In this document: positions 23,475 through 35,679 of the stretch, piece after piece
Numbering within the stretch: the stretch's first letter is position 1
Layout of the letters: each line of letters begins with the position of its first letter
Assembly (NCBI GenBank): GCA_951406725.2
Contig: OX597820.1
Span: 18,290,001 to 18,354,000, forward strand
Reading direction: 5' to 3'
DNA from: Octopus vulgaris
Lineage: Eukaryota
DNA length: 64,000 nucleotides
Notes under the pieces: model-generated
The model's input: the letters and a program-made list of their open reading frames with translations, nothing else
Databases searched by the model: none
What the model was told of the DNA's origin: nothing
Translations under genes and position numbers: made by a program

Positions 23475-23930
23475 AATAATAATAATAATAATAATAATAA
23501 TTGTGTACAGTGCTCAGGTGCACTACAACTCATCTAAAGTGTATATATAATCAGGTGTAGTTTTGGCGGATTTCGGAAAGCATGAGGGCCTCAAAGGATG
23601 CAGTGCCATGGCAGTCAACAACTGACGCAGGCAGTTTATTCCATGCTTCAGCAGCTCTGAGCGTGAAGAAATGTTTCCGAAAGTCATGGGAGCTGTGTTG
23701 TTTTCTGACTTTGTAGGCATGTCCACGTGTGTTAGACACATGGAGATCAAAAAGGTGTTCAGTGTTGTTGTTGGTGAGGTGGTTGATAACTTTGTGGGTG
23801 TTTACCAAGTCCGTCGCCAGACGCCGGAGCTTCAGTGAATCCATGCCCAGGGAAACAAGGCGCTCAGAATATGGTAGGTGTCTGACGGAGGGTATGCGTT
23901 TGGTTGCATGTCTCTGGACAGATTCCAGGA
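23475..23930 (-). pseudogene. CR1-group LINE, 5'-truncated 3' end with (ATT)n tail
   Basis: Minus strand: LESVQRHATKRIPSVRHLPYSERLVSLGMDSLKLRRLATDL...TRGHAYK...RKHFFTLRAAEAWNKLP, the conserved CR1 ORF2 C-terminus, then a short 3' UTR and ATTATTATT. Confidence 0.9.
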
Positions 23931-24175
23931 GGCTTGGATTTCACAAGAATCTAAATAAGCACGATGATAGCCCTTTTAAAAACCAATTAATTTCAAACTT
24001 AGAAATTTTGCTATAAGCAAATAGGCATATTCTTCATAATTTGTATTCCTGCATGTATGATGAGAAGGCACTTGGTTTAGTGGTTAGGAAGTATGGATTG
24101 TGATCGTAAGGACATGGGTTCCATTCCCAGTGGTGTGTTGTGTCCTTGAGCAAGACGCTTTATTTCTTGTTACTC

Positions 24176-24703
24176 CAGTCACTAAACTACAGGCCGCAGG
24201 CCGGATCTGGTCTCTGAGGTCAATTTATCCGACCCGCTGCTGCTCTGTACCTTTTGTGTAAGTACCCACATTTGCTTCTGGTATAGTACCAGTGTTTGGA
24301 ACAACTTATGTCTGTGAGCAAACGTTTTTCCATAATGAAGAATGTGAAGTCACCACATCGAACTAGGCTGATTGATAAACATTTGAAAGCAATTCTCTTG
24401 GTTGGATGCAGCAATTCCAAAGCAAATATTAATGATATCCTAAAAACTAAACACCAGTTTCACAAATCTCACCAACCTTTTTTGCTGCTTAGTTTGTGAG
24501 ATTTGATTATATGCGCATTGGATGAGGTATAACTATCTTTTGCTACCGTCACCTTCTTCGAAAACTTTTTGATAAATAAATATGTTGGTTGTCTTTATTG
24601 TTTGTGTATTCATTGTATTGTATTGGACAAAGCGGTTATGCAGCCCACGCTCATCATTCTCTCAGTTATCTGGTTCGCTGGGAAAAACGTTTGGTGACCC
24701 CTG
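24176..24703 (+). mobile_element. Internally deleted hAT (Charlie/SPIN-like) element retaining the transposase dimerization domain
   Basis: FGTTYVCEQTF/SIMKNVKSPHRTRLIDKHLKAIL..GCSN..ANINDIL...HQFHKSH. Right TIR TTTGGTGACCCCTG; left end degraded (GTCACTAAACTACAGGCCGC). CTCCAG is present at both junctions. Confidence 0.8.
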
Positions 24704-24803
24704 CTCCAGTTCATTCAGCTGGCAGAAATGAATAGTATCTGTATTTTAAAGGGCCAGCCTTGTCAAATGTATTATGTCATGTTGAATTCTCCTGAGATCT
24801 ACA

Positions 24804-25193
24804 TATATATATATAAAGCTGAAGTTGTCTGTGTGTAGCTGGTTTGGTAGGCTTCAACTAACATTATCTCCTCCGAGACCCTGCAGCACAAGTTCACCAA
24901 AATTGAGAGTATGATAGAAAAAGGCTTGCTCTTCATTCCGTAGAAGAAAAATTTCAAATCAGACCATGTTAAGACCAAAATTTATTTACATCAAAAAGGT
25001 GCTTTTTTTCTATGAAAATCCCTATTTTTTACGATTTTTTGTCTGCTGTGTCGCTATTTTTCGGTGTATTTCAACCAGAAAAATGTTCACTTAAAGAGAA
25101 TAACAAGCTACATAATGCAAAATTTTTACTTTTCAAAAATTCCAATCCTAAAGGGTTGAAACAAACCCGATCAACGCCGGGCAATACTGCCAG
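24804..25193 (+). mobile_element. Non-autonomous Helitron
   Basis: TATATATAAA start, subterminal hairpin CCCGATCAACGCCGGG, end CCAG (CTAG variant). Inserted between A and T with no TSD. The 3' end matches the element at 61224-61596. Confidence 0.78.
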
Positions 25194-25309
25194 TTAAGGA
25201 TATCTGTGTCTGTAGAGTGCTCGGCCACTTGCACATCAATTTCAAGTTCGATTGATTGTATCAATGGAATGTATATCACTGTAACCAACAGAGAACCACT
25301 TTTTTTAAG

Positions 25310-25620
25310 AGCGGTACATGGCTTAGGGGTTAAGCTATTCAACTCGCGATCGTAAGGTCACAGGTTCCATTCCCAGTGGTGTGTTGTGTTCTTGAGCAAG
25401 ACACTTTATTTCTCATTGCTCCAGTTCATTTACCTGGCAAAAATGAGTAGTACCTATTATTCCAAAGGACCAGCATTGTCACATTTGGTATGTCACGCTG
25501 AATCTCATTAAGGGTACACATGTCTGTGGAGTACTCAGCCACATGTACATTAATTTCACAAGCAGGTAGTTCGTTGATCAGATCACCTGGAACTTTTGCC
25601 ATTGTAACCAGCAGAGAATC
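25310..25620 (+). mobile_element. SINE (D-like head, C-like tail), uninterrupted
   Basis: TGGCTTAGGGG (A box), GGTTCCATTCCC (B box), CTTGAGCAAGACACTTTATTTC, TTAAGGGTACACATGTCTGTGGAGTACTCAGCCAC. Confidence 0.78.
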
Positions 25621-25646
25621 AGGCCATGTGTGATTTATTTGCCATC

Positions 25647-26072
25647 TTTACTCTTTTACTCTTTTACTTGTTTCAGTCATTTGACTGCAACCGTGCTGGA
25701 GCACCACCTTTAGTTGAACAAATCGACCCCAGGACTTATTCTTTGTAAGCCTAGTTCTTATTCTATTGGTCTCTTTTGCAGAACCGCTAAGTTACGGGGA
25801 TGTAAACACACCAGCATCGGTTGTCAAGCGATGTTGGGGGGAGGACAAACACAGACACACAAACAAATACACACACACATACATACAAATATATATATAT
25901 ATATACATATATATGATGGGCTTCTTTCAGTTTCCGTCTACCAAATCCACTCACAAGGCTTTGGTCGGCCTGAGGCTATAGTAGAAGACACTTGCCCAAG
26001 GTGCCATGCAGTGGGACTGAACCCGGAATCATGTGGTTGGTAAGCAAGCTACTTACCCCACAGCAACTCCTG
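25647..26072 (-). mobile_element. Family-B SINE, full length
   Basis: Reverse complement of the consensus. Confidence 0.88.
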
Positions 26073-26747
26073 GAAAAATTTTCTAACACTTTTCAAGTTC
26101 TTTGACAGTATGTATTTCTCTTCAAGTTTTTTTTTTTTGTATATATATATTTTCTTTTTCTCACTCTCTGCCACACCATACATTGATGTCAACTTAATCA
26201 AATAATTAATTAGTTAATTGGTTGAATGGTTAACCAACTGGCTAATAATGATAAAAGAAGTGAAATAAAACTGGTGTGTGTGTTTATTATTTGCTTGATG
26301 ATTCTCCTGAGAGAATATATTAAAGTATCCTCCAACACTTGAGTTCACATCAAAAATCAGGCAAACCAAATGTAAAAACATCATATTTGAGTGTTTTACC
26401 TGAAGAAGTCTATCGGAAAACAAGCAACTTTTTACAATTCACGTGATTCTTCAATGGAAATAACGAAAATAAGAATTTATTGTTCAAGTTATTTTCTCTT
26501 AATTTTACTTTGAAATCCTCAAAAACAACCCTTGAATTTCTCTGTCAAGTCTTATTTTAGCTTTTCAGTAGAAAAACTGTTGAAATACAAATAATTTTTT
26601 TCAACATGAATGACTTTTCAAGGGAAATAAAAAAATTAAAAAATCCATTGTTTTCCAAGTTATTTTCATTTAATTTTACTTTGAAATCCTAAAACAACCT
26701 CTGGATTTATTTGTTGACTCACATTCTAGGTAGCAGTCATTAACACC

Positions 26748-26950
26748 ATCATCATCGTCATTTAACGTCTGCTTTCCATGCTGGAATGGGTTAGAGGGTT
26801 TGATTGGAACTGGTAAGCTGGAGAGCTGCACCAGGTTCCAGTTTGATTTGGCGTAGTTGTCTACAGCTGGATGCCCTTCCTAATGCCAATCAATCCAAGA
26901 GTATAATGGGTCTTTTTTACATGCCCCCAGCATGGGTGCTATTCACACGA
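26748..26950 (-). mobile_element. Family-E 3' fragment
   Basis: (CAT)n, TTTAACGTCTGCTTTCCATGCTGG, CTACAGCTGGATGCCCTTCCTAATGCCAA. Confidence 0.75.
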
Positions 26951-27859
26951 CACCGATTTCAAGTAGCAATATATGTATTAATATGTATATACGCTGTAAG
27001 GTGGTAAGTTGGCAGAATTGTTAGCACTCTAGGCCAAATGCTTAGCAGTATTTCATCTGTCTTTATGTTCTGAGTTCAAATTCTGCCGAGGTCTCTTGCT
27101 AACCCTCACCTGTTTCCAAGTAAGGTAATATTTCTCCATGGCTTGGCATGTTATCACAGATTGGAAAAAAGGACACCATATGTATGACAATGACACTAAC
27201 ACACTCACATACACACACACACAAACAATACATATATACCCATCTACACATACGTACATGCATAATTAGTAAATATAAAGGTTTATAATCCAAATTGTGT
27301 CCTCATGAAGCACATCTATTCATGTTTTTTTTCTACATGTATACTTTTGTGACTCCTATTTTTAATGAAACGTGTAACAAAAGACAATGAAAAAACCATT
27401 CTTCAAATTAAAGAGGAAAATGTAAAATTTCAACCATGGCATACATTGATGAAACTGCCAGAAGCTTATCAGAGAGATTGGAGGAGCATTGGAATGAGCA
27501 CCATGATAAAAAAATACACATCAATACTCTATCCACAAGCTAAAAATTTAAACAGAAATTATGTAGCAAAATAGGTATTAGTATCACAAGAGCTAAAGTA
27601 GTCTACTAGATATCTTACACTTTGTTAGTACAGCCAAAAATAATACATTTGTTTCAGAGGAGACTTGCTGTCAAGTGTACAGATGTATATATATATAGAC
27701 AACACAGACATATTGTATAATACAACTGAAGGAACATAACATAACGAGAATGCAATTACTAAAACCATAGATAAAATAAATGAAAAATATACAAGTATAT
27801 CAGATAAAATATTTTAATTCTGTGAACAGTAAAAACAAAAATGAAAACAGGTCATTTTC

Positions 27860-28345
27860 AGATATTGGTGATGAGATTGCACTACAATAAAAAATGGATT
27901 AGGCATGGGAGTAGAACTTCATTCTTGCAAGACAGTTGTTAAAATAGTTGATCATATTGCAAAGAAATTCAAAATGAAATATTTACAAAGATACTTCAAC
28001 AAAAATTTAGATGTTTTATAATTAATGAGGCACGAATGATTTCAAGTCAGCCAGTTATCATTTTTGTGTCTATCTAAAAGTGCGATTTTTAACCAAGAAT
28101 TTTTCTTGATTTGGTCAAGTTGAAAGGACAGGATACAGAAACAATATATATTTCTACATTTCTGTTTCACAAAGTTTCCATTATGCAGGATTTGGTGATA
28201 AATATTTCGCAAATTAACTAATTGTATTTTGGTTTGATTGAGTAAGTGTAATACTTGGCAAGAATGCAAGAGTGTGTGCTAAACTTAAGAATGGTTTTCT
28301 TGAAATCACAACAACTTGGCACTGCTTCTACAACTTATTTTGAAT
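27860..28345 (+). pseudogene. hAT transposase relic (KIAA1586/ZNF862-like region)
   Basis: Across frameshifts: NGLGMGVELHSCKTVVKIVDHIAKE..NEIFTKIL..IINEA..ISSQPVII...FLDLVKLKGQDTETIY...RVCAKLKNGFLEITTTWHC, resembling the first catalytic DE region and CxxH motif of hAT transposases. Confidence 0.6.
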
Positions 28346-29042
28346 TGATTCTACTGAGGATATAAAACAAGTAAAATCGCGATACACAGATATTGTTTTG
28401 AGCTGAGTGGGGGTGCTAGATTCCCTTGTCCGAAAATATAAGGACACAGATCGTGTTGTATAGCCAGCTGGAGACGATGTCTCTTGGAGCTAAATTACAG
28501 CAACATTCATCCTAAACCAGGACTACCATGTTATGTTGGCAAATAATCTTTACTCCATAAAGGAATCATCCTGAAGTTTAAAAAATGCTGTAAATTTTCA
28601 GGTGATTAATTTGATTGATCTCCTATTGACTTTATAAAATTGTAAGAATTCCATTAAAATTTGATTGGGATAAAAAAAAAAAATAAATAAATCACATTTG
28701 CAACGAATGAAAAATATGTTGAAAATCAAGTTTCAGTATGAAAGTAGTTGGAGCATGATGATAAATGAATAAAAGTATCTTATTGTATAAAAGGTGTCAT
28801 TATTTGTTTATTTACTAACTTGTTGGTTTGTATTTTGTGATAATGTGGCAAAAAAAAATTAGATTATCAAAAAGAAGAGAGAAAAATGATTCCTATTTTT
28901 GCTAAAAGAAAAAAAAACCCAAAACTGGGAGTATAAAAGAAAGAGAGAATTAGTTCCTAAAAGAACTTGACTACCACCAGTGTGTGAACATATACACACA
29001 CACACACACACATACACACAAACACACACATGCATATTTGTT

Positions 29043-29084
<42 letters not shown>

Positions 29085-29144
29085 TTTATTTATATATATA
29101 TATATGCGTGTATAAATATACATATGTGTATACATGTGTATATA

Positions 29145-29188
<44 letters not shown>

Positions 29189-29337
29189 AATAGATAGACA
29201 AACTAAAGGTGGTGCTCCAGCATGGCTGCAGTCAAATGACTGAAACAAATAAAAGAAAAAGAAAAAAAAGACAGACAAACAGGCAAATAGAGAGATAGAT
29301 AGATAGATATACATATACACTTACACATATACACATG

Positions 29338-29383
<46 letters not shown>

Positions 29384-29460
29384 AATAGATGTTTTGTAAC
29401 TGATTGGGTGCATAAAATGTTCACATTATCAGATGTTTGGAGCCAGAGTGGAGACACTTT

Positions 29461-29672
29461 AAGGTAGTGAGCTGGCAGAAACATTAGCATGCTGGGCAAA
29501 ATACTTAGTGGTATTTCGTTTGTCTTTTCGTTCTGAGTTCAAATTCTGCTGAGGTTGACTTTAACTTTTATCTTTCTGGGGTCAATAAATTAAGTACCAA
29601 TTGTGTACTGGTATCAATCTAATTGACTGGCCCTCTCCCCCGAAATTTCAGGCCTTATGCCTAGAGTAGAAA
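29461..29672 (+). mobile_element. Family-A SINE
   Basis: AAGGTAGTGAGCTGGCAGAAAC ... GGCCTTATGCCTAGAGTAGAAA. Confidence 0.83.
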
Positions 29673-30092
29673 AGAAAAGAGAGGAGACACTTTAAAAATA
29701 AAATTAATAATAGCTTGATGATTAGAACATTTAGGCCTCCATTGTTTAGTAAAATTTCAGGGCATACAAATTTTAAATTCGCAGTATGGTCAGTTCTTTC
29801 ATTGCAAGCCCTACATGGTAGAGCAGACCAGATGTTGGTATCAGTTAGTAGGAATTCTATAGGCTGTGATATTTCAGTCACAATTGTTACCACGTGGAGA
29901 AATAACTGGTTTGGTGCTGTCATGTTACACATAAATCTCAATGGAAAACAAGGCTACCAGTTGATATTAGGCTGAACCAGCAAGAATTATATATCTAGAA
30001 ATAGTAATCATGTGTGAGCCAGTCAGGCCTAGGGAGATATTTCCAAGTTATAAACAGCCAATGGATTGAAGTTCATTTATTGGGCATATCTC

Positions 30093-30299
30093 TCTTTTAC
30101 TTTTTTACTTGTATCAGTCATTTGACTGTGGCCATGCTGGAGCACCACCTTTAGTCGAGCAAATCGACTCCAGGACTTATTCTTTGTAAGCCTAGTACTT
30201 ATTCTATCAGTCTCTTTTGCTGAACCACTAAATTACGGGGACGTAAACACACCAGCATCAGTTGTCAAGTGATGTTGGGAGGGACAAACATATACACAC

Positions 30300-30346
<47 letters not shown>

Positions 30347-30506
30347 TATATGAAGAGCTTCTTTCAGTTTCCATCTACCAAATCCACTCAAAGGCTTTGG
30401 TCAGCACGAGGCTATAGTAGAAGACACTTGCCCAAGGTGCCACACAGTGGGAATGAACCCAGAACCATGTGGTTCATAAGCAAGCTACTTACCACACAGC
30501 CACTCC
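30093..30506 (-). mobile_element. Family-B SINE
   Basis: Reverse complement of the consensus. Confidence 0.86.
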
Positions 30507-30513
30507 TTCAACT

Positions 30514-30554
<41 letters not shown>

Positions 30555-30584
30555 TATATAAAATGGTAAAATCCCTCTTTGGTT

Positions 30585-30891
30585 ATGAATGATCATGGGA
30601 TTGTACCTAGGAAGTTCCCCTCCTAGGCAAAAGTCCAGGCAAAATTGTTTTTGGAAGACCACCAGTCGCCCATGCATACCAGCCTCCCTTCTCCGCCGAT
30701 GTTATCCAAGGGAAAGGCAAAGGCCAATACAGTTTAGCACTAGTGATGTTGCAGCTTATTTCTACAGCTGAGTGGACTGGAGCAGCATGAAATAAAATGC
30801 CTTGCTCAAGAACACAACACACAGCCCGGTCCGGGAATTGAACTCACTACCTCATGATTGCGAGCCTGATGCTCTAACCACTGAACCATGC
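30585..30891 (-). mobile_element. Family-D SINE
   Basis: Reverse complement of 6981-7318. Confidence 0.83.
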
Positions 30892-31189
30892 TACACAATA
30901 GTGAAAGGATTCTCTAAAAATCTTGGGGTGGATGGAAACAGACCTGGGGCTAAACAACAATAGGAGTTCTCAATACATACAGGTCACAGGGGAACTTCTA
31001 TGCTGGAGGTTGTTTGAAGTGCTGGAAACAGTAGCCAAATCTCCTTCTTGTCATAACCTACTGTTTTGAATAAGGAAAGTACACATGAGATAATGGGAAG
31101 TGGTTGAAGGTAATTCTTTAAAACATATGAGATGGCTTTGGATGGATTGTCTTTGATTGTAAGTTGAGTTAGTGGTTAAATGACAAGGA

Positions 31190-31195
31190 CAACAG

Positions 31196-31227
<32 letters not shown>

Positions 31228-31522
31228 TCACCAGCAGCAACAGCAGAAGTGCAGCAGCAGCAGTAATAGCAACATCACCTGCAGCAGCGACATCACTAGC
31301 AGCAGCAGCAACAGCAACAGCACCACCATTACCAACAGCAGTAGCAACATCACTACTATCATCATCATCATCATCATCATCACTGGCAAAAGCAGCAGCA
31401 GTGACAACATCACCACCACCACTACTACCACCACCACCACCACCATCATCATCCTCATCATCATCATCGGCAGCAGCAGCAACAGCAGCAGTGGCACCAC
31501 CACCACCACCACCACCACCACC

Positions 31523-31571
<49 letters not shown>

Positions 31572-31796
31572 CTGGCAAAAGCAGCAGCAGTGACAACATC
31601 ACCACCACCATCACCACCACCACCACCACCATCATCATCCTCATCATCATCATCGGCAGCAGCAGCAACAGCAGCAGTGGCACCACCACCACCACCACCA
31701 CCATCATCATCATCGATGACAGCAGCAGTGCCAACATCACCACCACCACAACAACAACAACAACCACCATCACCACCATCACCACCACCACCATCG

Positions 31797-31828
<32 letters not shown>

Positions 31829-31972
31829 GGCAACAGCAGCAGAGGCACCACCACTATCATCATCATCATCATCATTGGCAGCAGCAGTGCCAACATCACC
31901 ACCACCACTGTCACCACCACTGTCACCACCACTACCACTACCATCATCATCATCGGCAGCAGCAGCAGCAGT
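31190..31972. repeat. Compound CAG/CAC/CAT microsatellite with a higher-order ~190-nt duplication
   Basis: Landmark CACTGGCAAAAGCAGCAGCAGTGACAACATC at about 31381 and 31570. Confidence 0.9.
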
Positions 31973-32189
31973 GGCTAGGACATAAGCCAATCTCTTTCTT
32001 TCATCAGTCTGATGTTATTTATCATCGTCCTTCATTTCATCTTTTCCTTCAGCTGAAAGAAGAAAAGATGTTTGTTGATTGTCCTTTCATGTCAGGCTTA
32101 CAAGTATGTTTAAATTAGACAGGGTGTATATATACACGTGGGTAGGAGAGAAGTGTATTTAACTGTGTGCAGATGCATATATCTATCTA

Positions 32190-32812
32190 TGCATGTGCAT
32201 GTGAACAGATGCATGAATTTATATGTGTGTGTGTATTTTTGTGTGTTTGTGTGTGTATACCCTTGTGTGTATAGTGGGTGTATAACTCTGTTTGTGTGTG
32301 TCTGTATGTATGTGTTTATGCGTATGTGTGTATATGCTAGTGAGTGTGCATCTATGCCTACATACATATATATGTATGTCTTGTGTGTGTGTGTGTGCAT
32401 GCACATGTGTGTATAAATATGTTTATTTGAATGTATGTGTATATCTATATATGCATTAACACGCATACATATATATGTATGTATGTGTATATGTATGTGT
32501 GTTTGTGTGTGCTTGTATATATATATATGTATACAGACATATGTATATGTATGTATGTATATATATATGTATATGTGTATGTATGTGTTTGTGTGTGCAT
32601 GTGTATGTGCATATATACATGTATATATATGTATGTATGTATATGTATATGTGTGTGTATATTTGTGTGTGTTTATGTGTATGTAAGCATTTCTATACAT
32701 TGGTGTGTGTATGCACTTGCCAGAGTTTGTGTATGCATATGTGCATTTGTGTATGTGTGATTATTTACATGTAAGTGCTTGCCTATTTGCATCTGTCAGC
32801 ATCTTTCTTTTC

Positions 32813-32843
<31 letters not shown>

Positions 32844-32880
32844 TATGGGTATGTGTGCATGTGTGTGTGTGTGTGGTGTG
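32190..32880. repeat. Degenerate (TG)n/(TATG)n low-complexity tract
   Basis: Directly visible. Confidence 0.88.
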
Positions 32881-33144
32881 TAGGAAGTTCAGTGTGTCTC
32901 TAATAATGAATGAAAGCAAAGAGCTGTAGTTGCTTGCTAAAAGAAAGTAGTAACAACAGTCAGAGGAGTAGTATGACATGAGATGGTGCCTATACAGTTC
33001 AGCATGTGTATATGTATATGTATGCATCTGCGTATATGACAGTATGTTTGTGTGTTTGCATGTATGTATATTTATATAAAATTTATAAATGAAAAAAAAA
33101 TGGTGACTTTCGAATTATACACTTTAATATATTAACATGATATT

Positions 33145-33178
<34 letters not shown>

Positions 33179-33192
33179 ATAATATAAATACA

Positions 33193-33284
33193 AATATTAT
33201 AATCCTACAATTGTTTCAATTCAGACCCAAGAATAAATTTATAAAAATTCATGTTTATGGGTAAGAATCTCATCAGGGAAATAT
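33193..33284 (-). ncRNA. Type I hammerhead ribozyme (intact core), left arm of a palindrome
   Basis: Minus strand: aatatt-tcc CTGATGA GATTC-tt-ACCCA..TGGGT-ct-GAATT GAAA C-AATT-GT A gga-ttat-aatatt. CUGAUGA at 33276-33270, GAAA at 33217-33214, GUA at 33208-33206. Stem III (ACAATTGT) is palindromic. Confidence 0.75.
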
Positions 33285-33408
33285 TTGACAAAAATTACAT
33301 CTGTAATTGTTTTTCAAATATTTCCCTGACGTGATTCTTACCCATCAACATGAATTTTATAAATTTATTCTTGGGTCTGAATTGAAACAATTGTAGGATT
33401 ATAATATT
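33193..33408. repeat. ~216-bp near-perfect foldback made of two inverted copies of a hammerhead-bearing sequence
   Basis: 33193-33298 is the reverse complement of 33303-33408 with few mismatches. The plus-strand copy has CTGACGT (core mutated) at 33326-33332, GAAAC at 33384-33388 and GTA at 33393-33395. Confidence 0.92.
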
Positions 33409-33832
33409 ATATTATAATAATGATATATTATGTTAATAAATTAAAATGTGTGAATCATAAATATATATATATATTAGACAATTTTTTCCACAATTCAAAT
33501 GGGTATATATGGTAAACATACACATCTCTCCCCACCATCAATCCACAAACACTGCCAATACATTCCCAAATTCTCATTCACACCACAAGATCCCTTTGAA
33601 TGAGCAACACAAAATCCATTGCTCCATACTTTGAAATGACTAAACACAAACTACTATTGGAATTTACATACCATGTACTGGAAACTTTTTTACCACTTTC
33701 CTTGAATAATGGAACCACAGTTACAATATCTTTATATATTTTATATTTTTATTTCAACTTTCATTCTCTTATTTCCCTGTATATTCCCAATTTTGAACTC
33801 AAATATTTACCTCTATTTAACCATCTCACATC

Positions 33833-33880
33833 GTCTCTGATGGAGGGATATCCATGATATCCCAGAAACAGCTGTAAGAC
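33833..33880 (+). ncRNA. Minimal type I hammerhead ribozyme motif (one core deviation)
   Basis: gtct CTGATGG a GGGATATC-cat-GATATCCC a GAAA C-AGCT-GT A agac: 4-bp stem I, perfect 8-bp stem II, palindromic stem III ACAGCTGT, GUA site. The core reads CUGAUGG instead of CUGAUGA. Confidence 0.7.
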
Positions 33881-34405
33881 TATATCTATACCTTTTTCCT
33901 TATAAATGTCCTGAAAACTCTTCACAGTCTTGGCCTTGTTATTTCATTTTGTCTAATATATATATATATATATATATAAACATACATCCATATGTGTGTG
34001 TATGTGTGTGTGTGTGTATCATATATCAAATATGTAAATGTGTGTGCATGTGTATATATTTGCATATTTGTGTGATGAGTGGAAAAATCCTTTGGATTAA
34101 TCCCGAAATCGTTTTATACAGAGATAATGAATTTAAAAAAAAAATTGTTAGCTTGCTTTCCTCGAGTCAACATGATATGTATTTATAGTGATGTATATTG
34201 TATGTGGTGATTGACAATTTAAAGTCTATTTCTCAGCATATTGACACAGAAATTTTTTCTTTTGCCCTTATTTATAATTGTTTATATATATATTTATATT
34301 CAGTGCCATGGGAATTTTGTGTGGAAAATATGAGAACTTTCAGAACTGATATCATGAAAAATTGATTTAATTTAATTAATTTCAGTTTATTTCTCCCATC
34401 TCTAA

Positions 34406-34445
34406 GCATGACTAAATCATCTTTAAGATGATTGAAACTGGTAGC
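34406..34445 (+). ncRNA. Degenerate hammerhead relic
   Basis: gc ATGACTA AATCATCT-tta-AGATGATT GAAA C-TG-GT A gc: spacing, 8-bp stem II, GAAAC and GUA are retained; the CUGANGA box has two substitutions. Confidence 0.45.
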
Positions 34446-34974
34446 ATATTTTGATAAAAATGTAAAAATGGAAATACTTTCTCTCTTTTGTCCATCACAA
34501 AGTTCTCAAAACGTTTTCTTTTCATTTCTGTTTTGTTAAAATAAATTTATTTGTATGAAACCCTTTAGCATTTTCAGTTTTCAATATGTGCGCTTGTGTG
34601 TATGTATGTATGTGTGTATGTATGTGAGTGTGCATGTGCATGTGTATCTAGGTGTGTGTGTGTTTATATATTGTGGCATTGCTGTCATTTCCCTATCAAA
34701 GAGACATTTGTGAGTTTTGCATCCTCCAAGACATTTGGAATAAAATGTGTCGTATTTGAAAAATGAATAAAGATTAACAACATGAAGTGCATGTCTGAAA
34801 ATAATGCCTCAAAAATATATTTATTTCACTTATGGACATATGATAGCATTGGAAAAAAGACATAAAGCCTAATATATACTGGCAGGATGTAACGATATTT
34901 TAAAATTTCGTCACAGGTGAATCTAGCTGATGAGGTCTAATCAAACTTACAATGTATTATGTAATTATGTTAAT

Positions 34975-35143
34975 TATGGTTTTATTCAAATAGTTTTATT
35001 CAACATGTTCCCCTCTCAGATTCACACACTTATTGCAGCAGTCCTTCAGTTTTTCTGAGCCCTATGAAAGAACTTGGAAGGTTGAGCCTCCAGCCAGGCC
35101 TTTCAAGATTACCTTAAAAACCAGGAACTTTTCAGCACCCCCT
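34975..35143. mobile_element. Mariner-derived MITE fragment
   Basis: Minus strand encodes ..CNKCVNLRGEHVE* (mariner transposase C-terminus). The end AACTTTTCAGCACCCCCTC resembles a mariner TIR. Confidence 0.6.
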
Positions 35144-35164
35144 CTTATGTAATATAGGGGGATC

Positions 35165-35555
35165 AAATTTTGGCACATGGTCAACAAGTTCAGGGGAGCT
35201 GCTCATTCAATTTAATCAACCCCTAGTATTCAACTGGTACTTATTTCATCGACCCTGAAATGGTGAAAACCAAAGTCAACCTTGGCAGTATTTGAACTCA
35301 GGATGTAAAGACAGACAAAATGCCACTTAGAACGATTCTGCCAACTTGTTGCCTTAATTAGAAATAAAATATTGATTTCAAATTCTGGCACAAGACCAGC
35401 AATTTGGGGGGAGGGGTACTTATTTTATCAACCCATGAAAGGATGAAAGGCAAAATTGATTTCGGCGGAATTTGAACTCAGAACTAAAGACAGGCGAAAT
35501 ACTGTCAAGCATTTTTGCCCGGCATGCTAACGATTCTGCCAGCTCGCCACCTTAA
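35165..35555 (-). mobile_element. Two tandem family-A SINE copies
   Basis: Reverse consensus twice, each followed by CTTAATTAGAAATAAAATATT. Confidence 0.8.
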
Positions 35556-35679
35556 TTAGAAATAAAATATTAACTAACTACATTATTATGAGCCACCTTG
35601 GGTACAACAGACATGTTCGATCAGGGTTGAATAATTCTAAACATAATGATACCAATAACATCAATACCAAAAAATAATC

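Larger units (their letters stand above)
24062..25280 (+). mobile_element. SINE (D-like head, C-like tail) split into three pieces by a hAT and a Helitron insertion
   Basis: Pieces 24062-24178, 24704-24803 and 25194-25280 rejoin colinearly with the uninterrupted sister at 25310-25620. Confidence 0.8.

Noticed and set aside
29700-30010. Non-repetitive segment with 86-97 aa ORFs on both strands
   Set aside because: No recognisable domain or convincing splice-site pair; needs RNA-seq or a homology search.
31169-31990. 273-aa Asp/Gly/Ala-rich ORF and overlapping ORFs
   Set aside because: Pure trinucleotide microsatellite, open in several frames on both strands; no domain or splice context.
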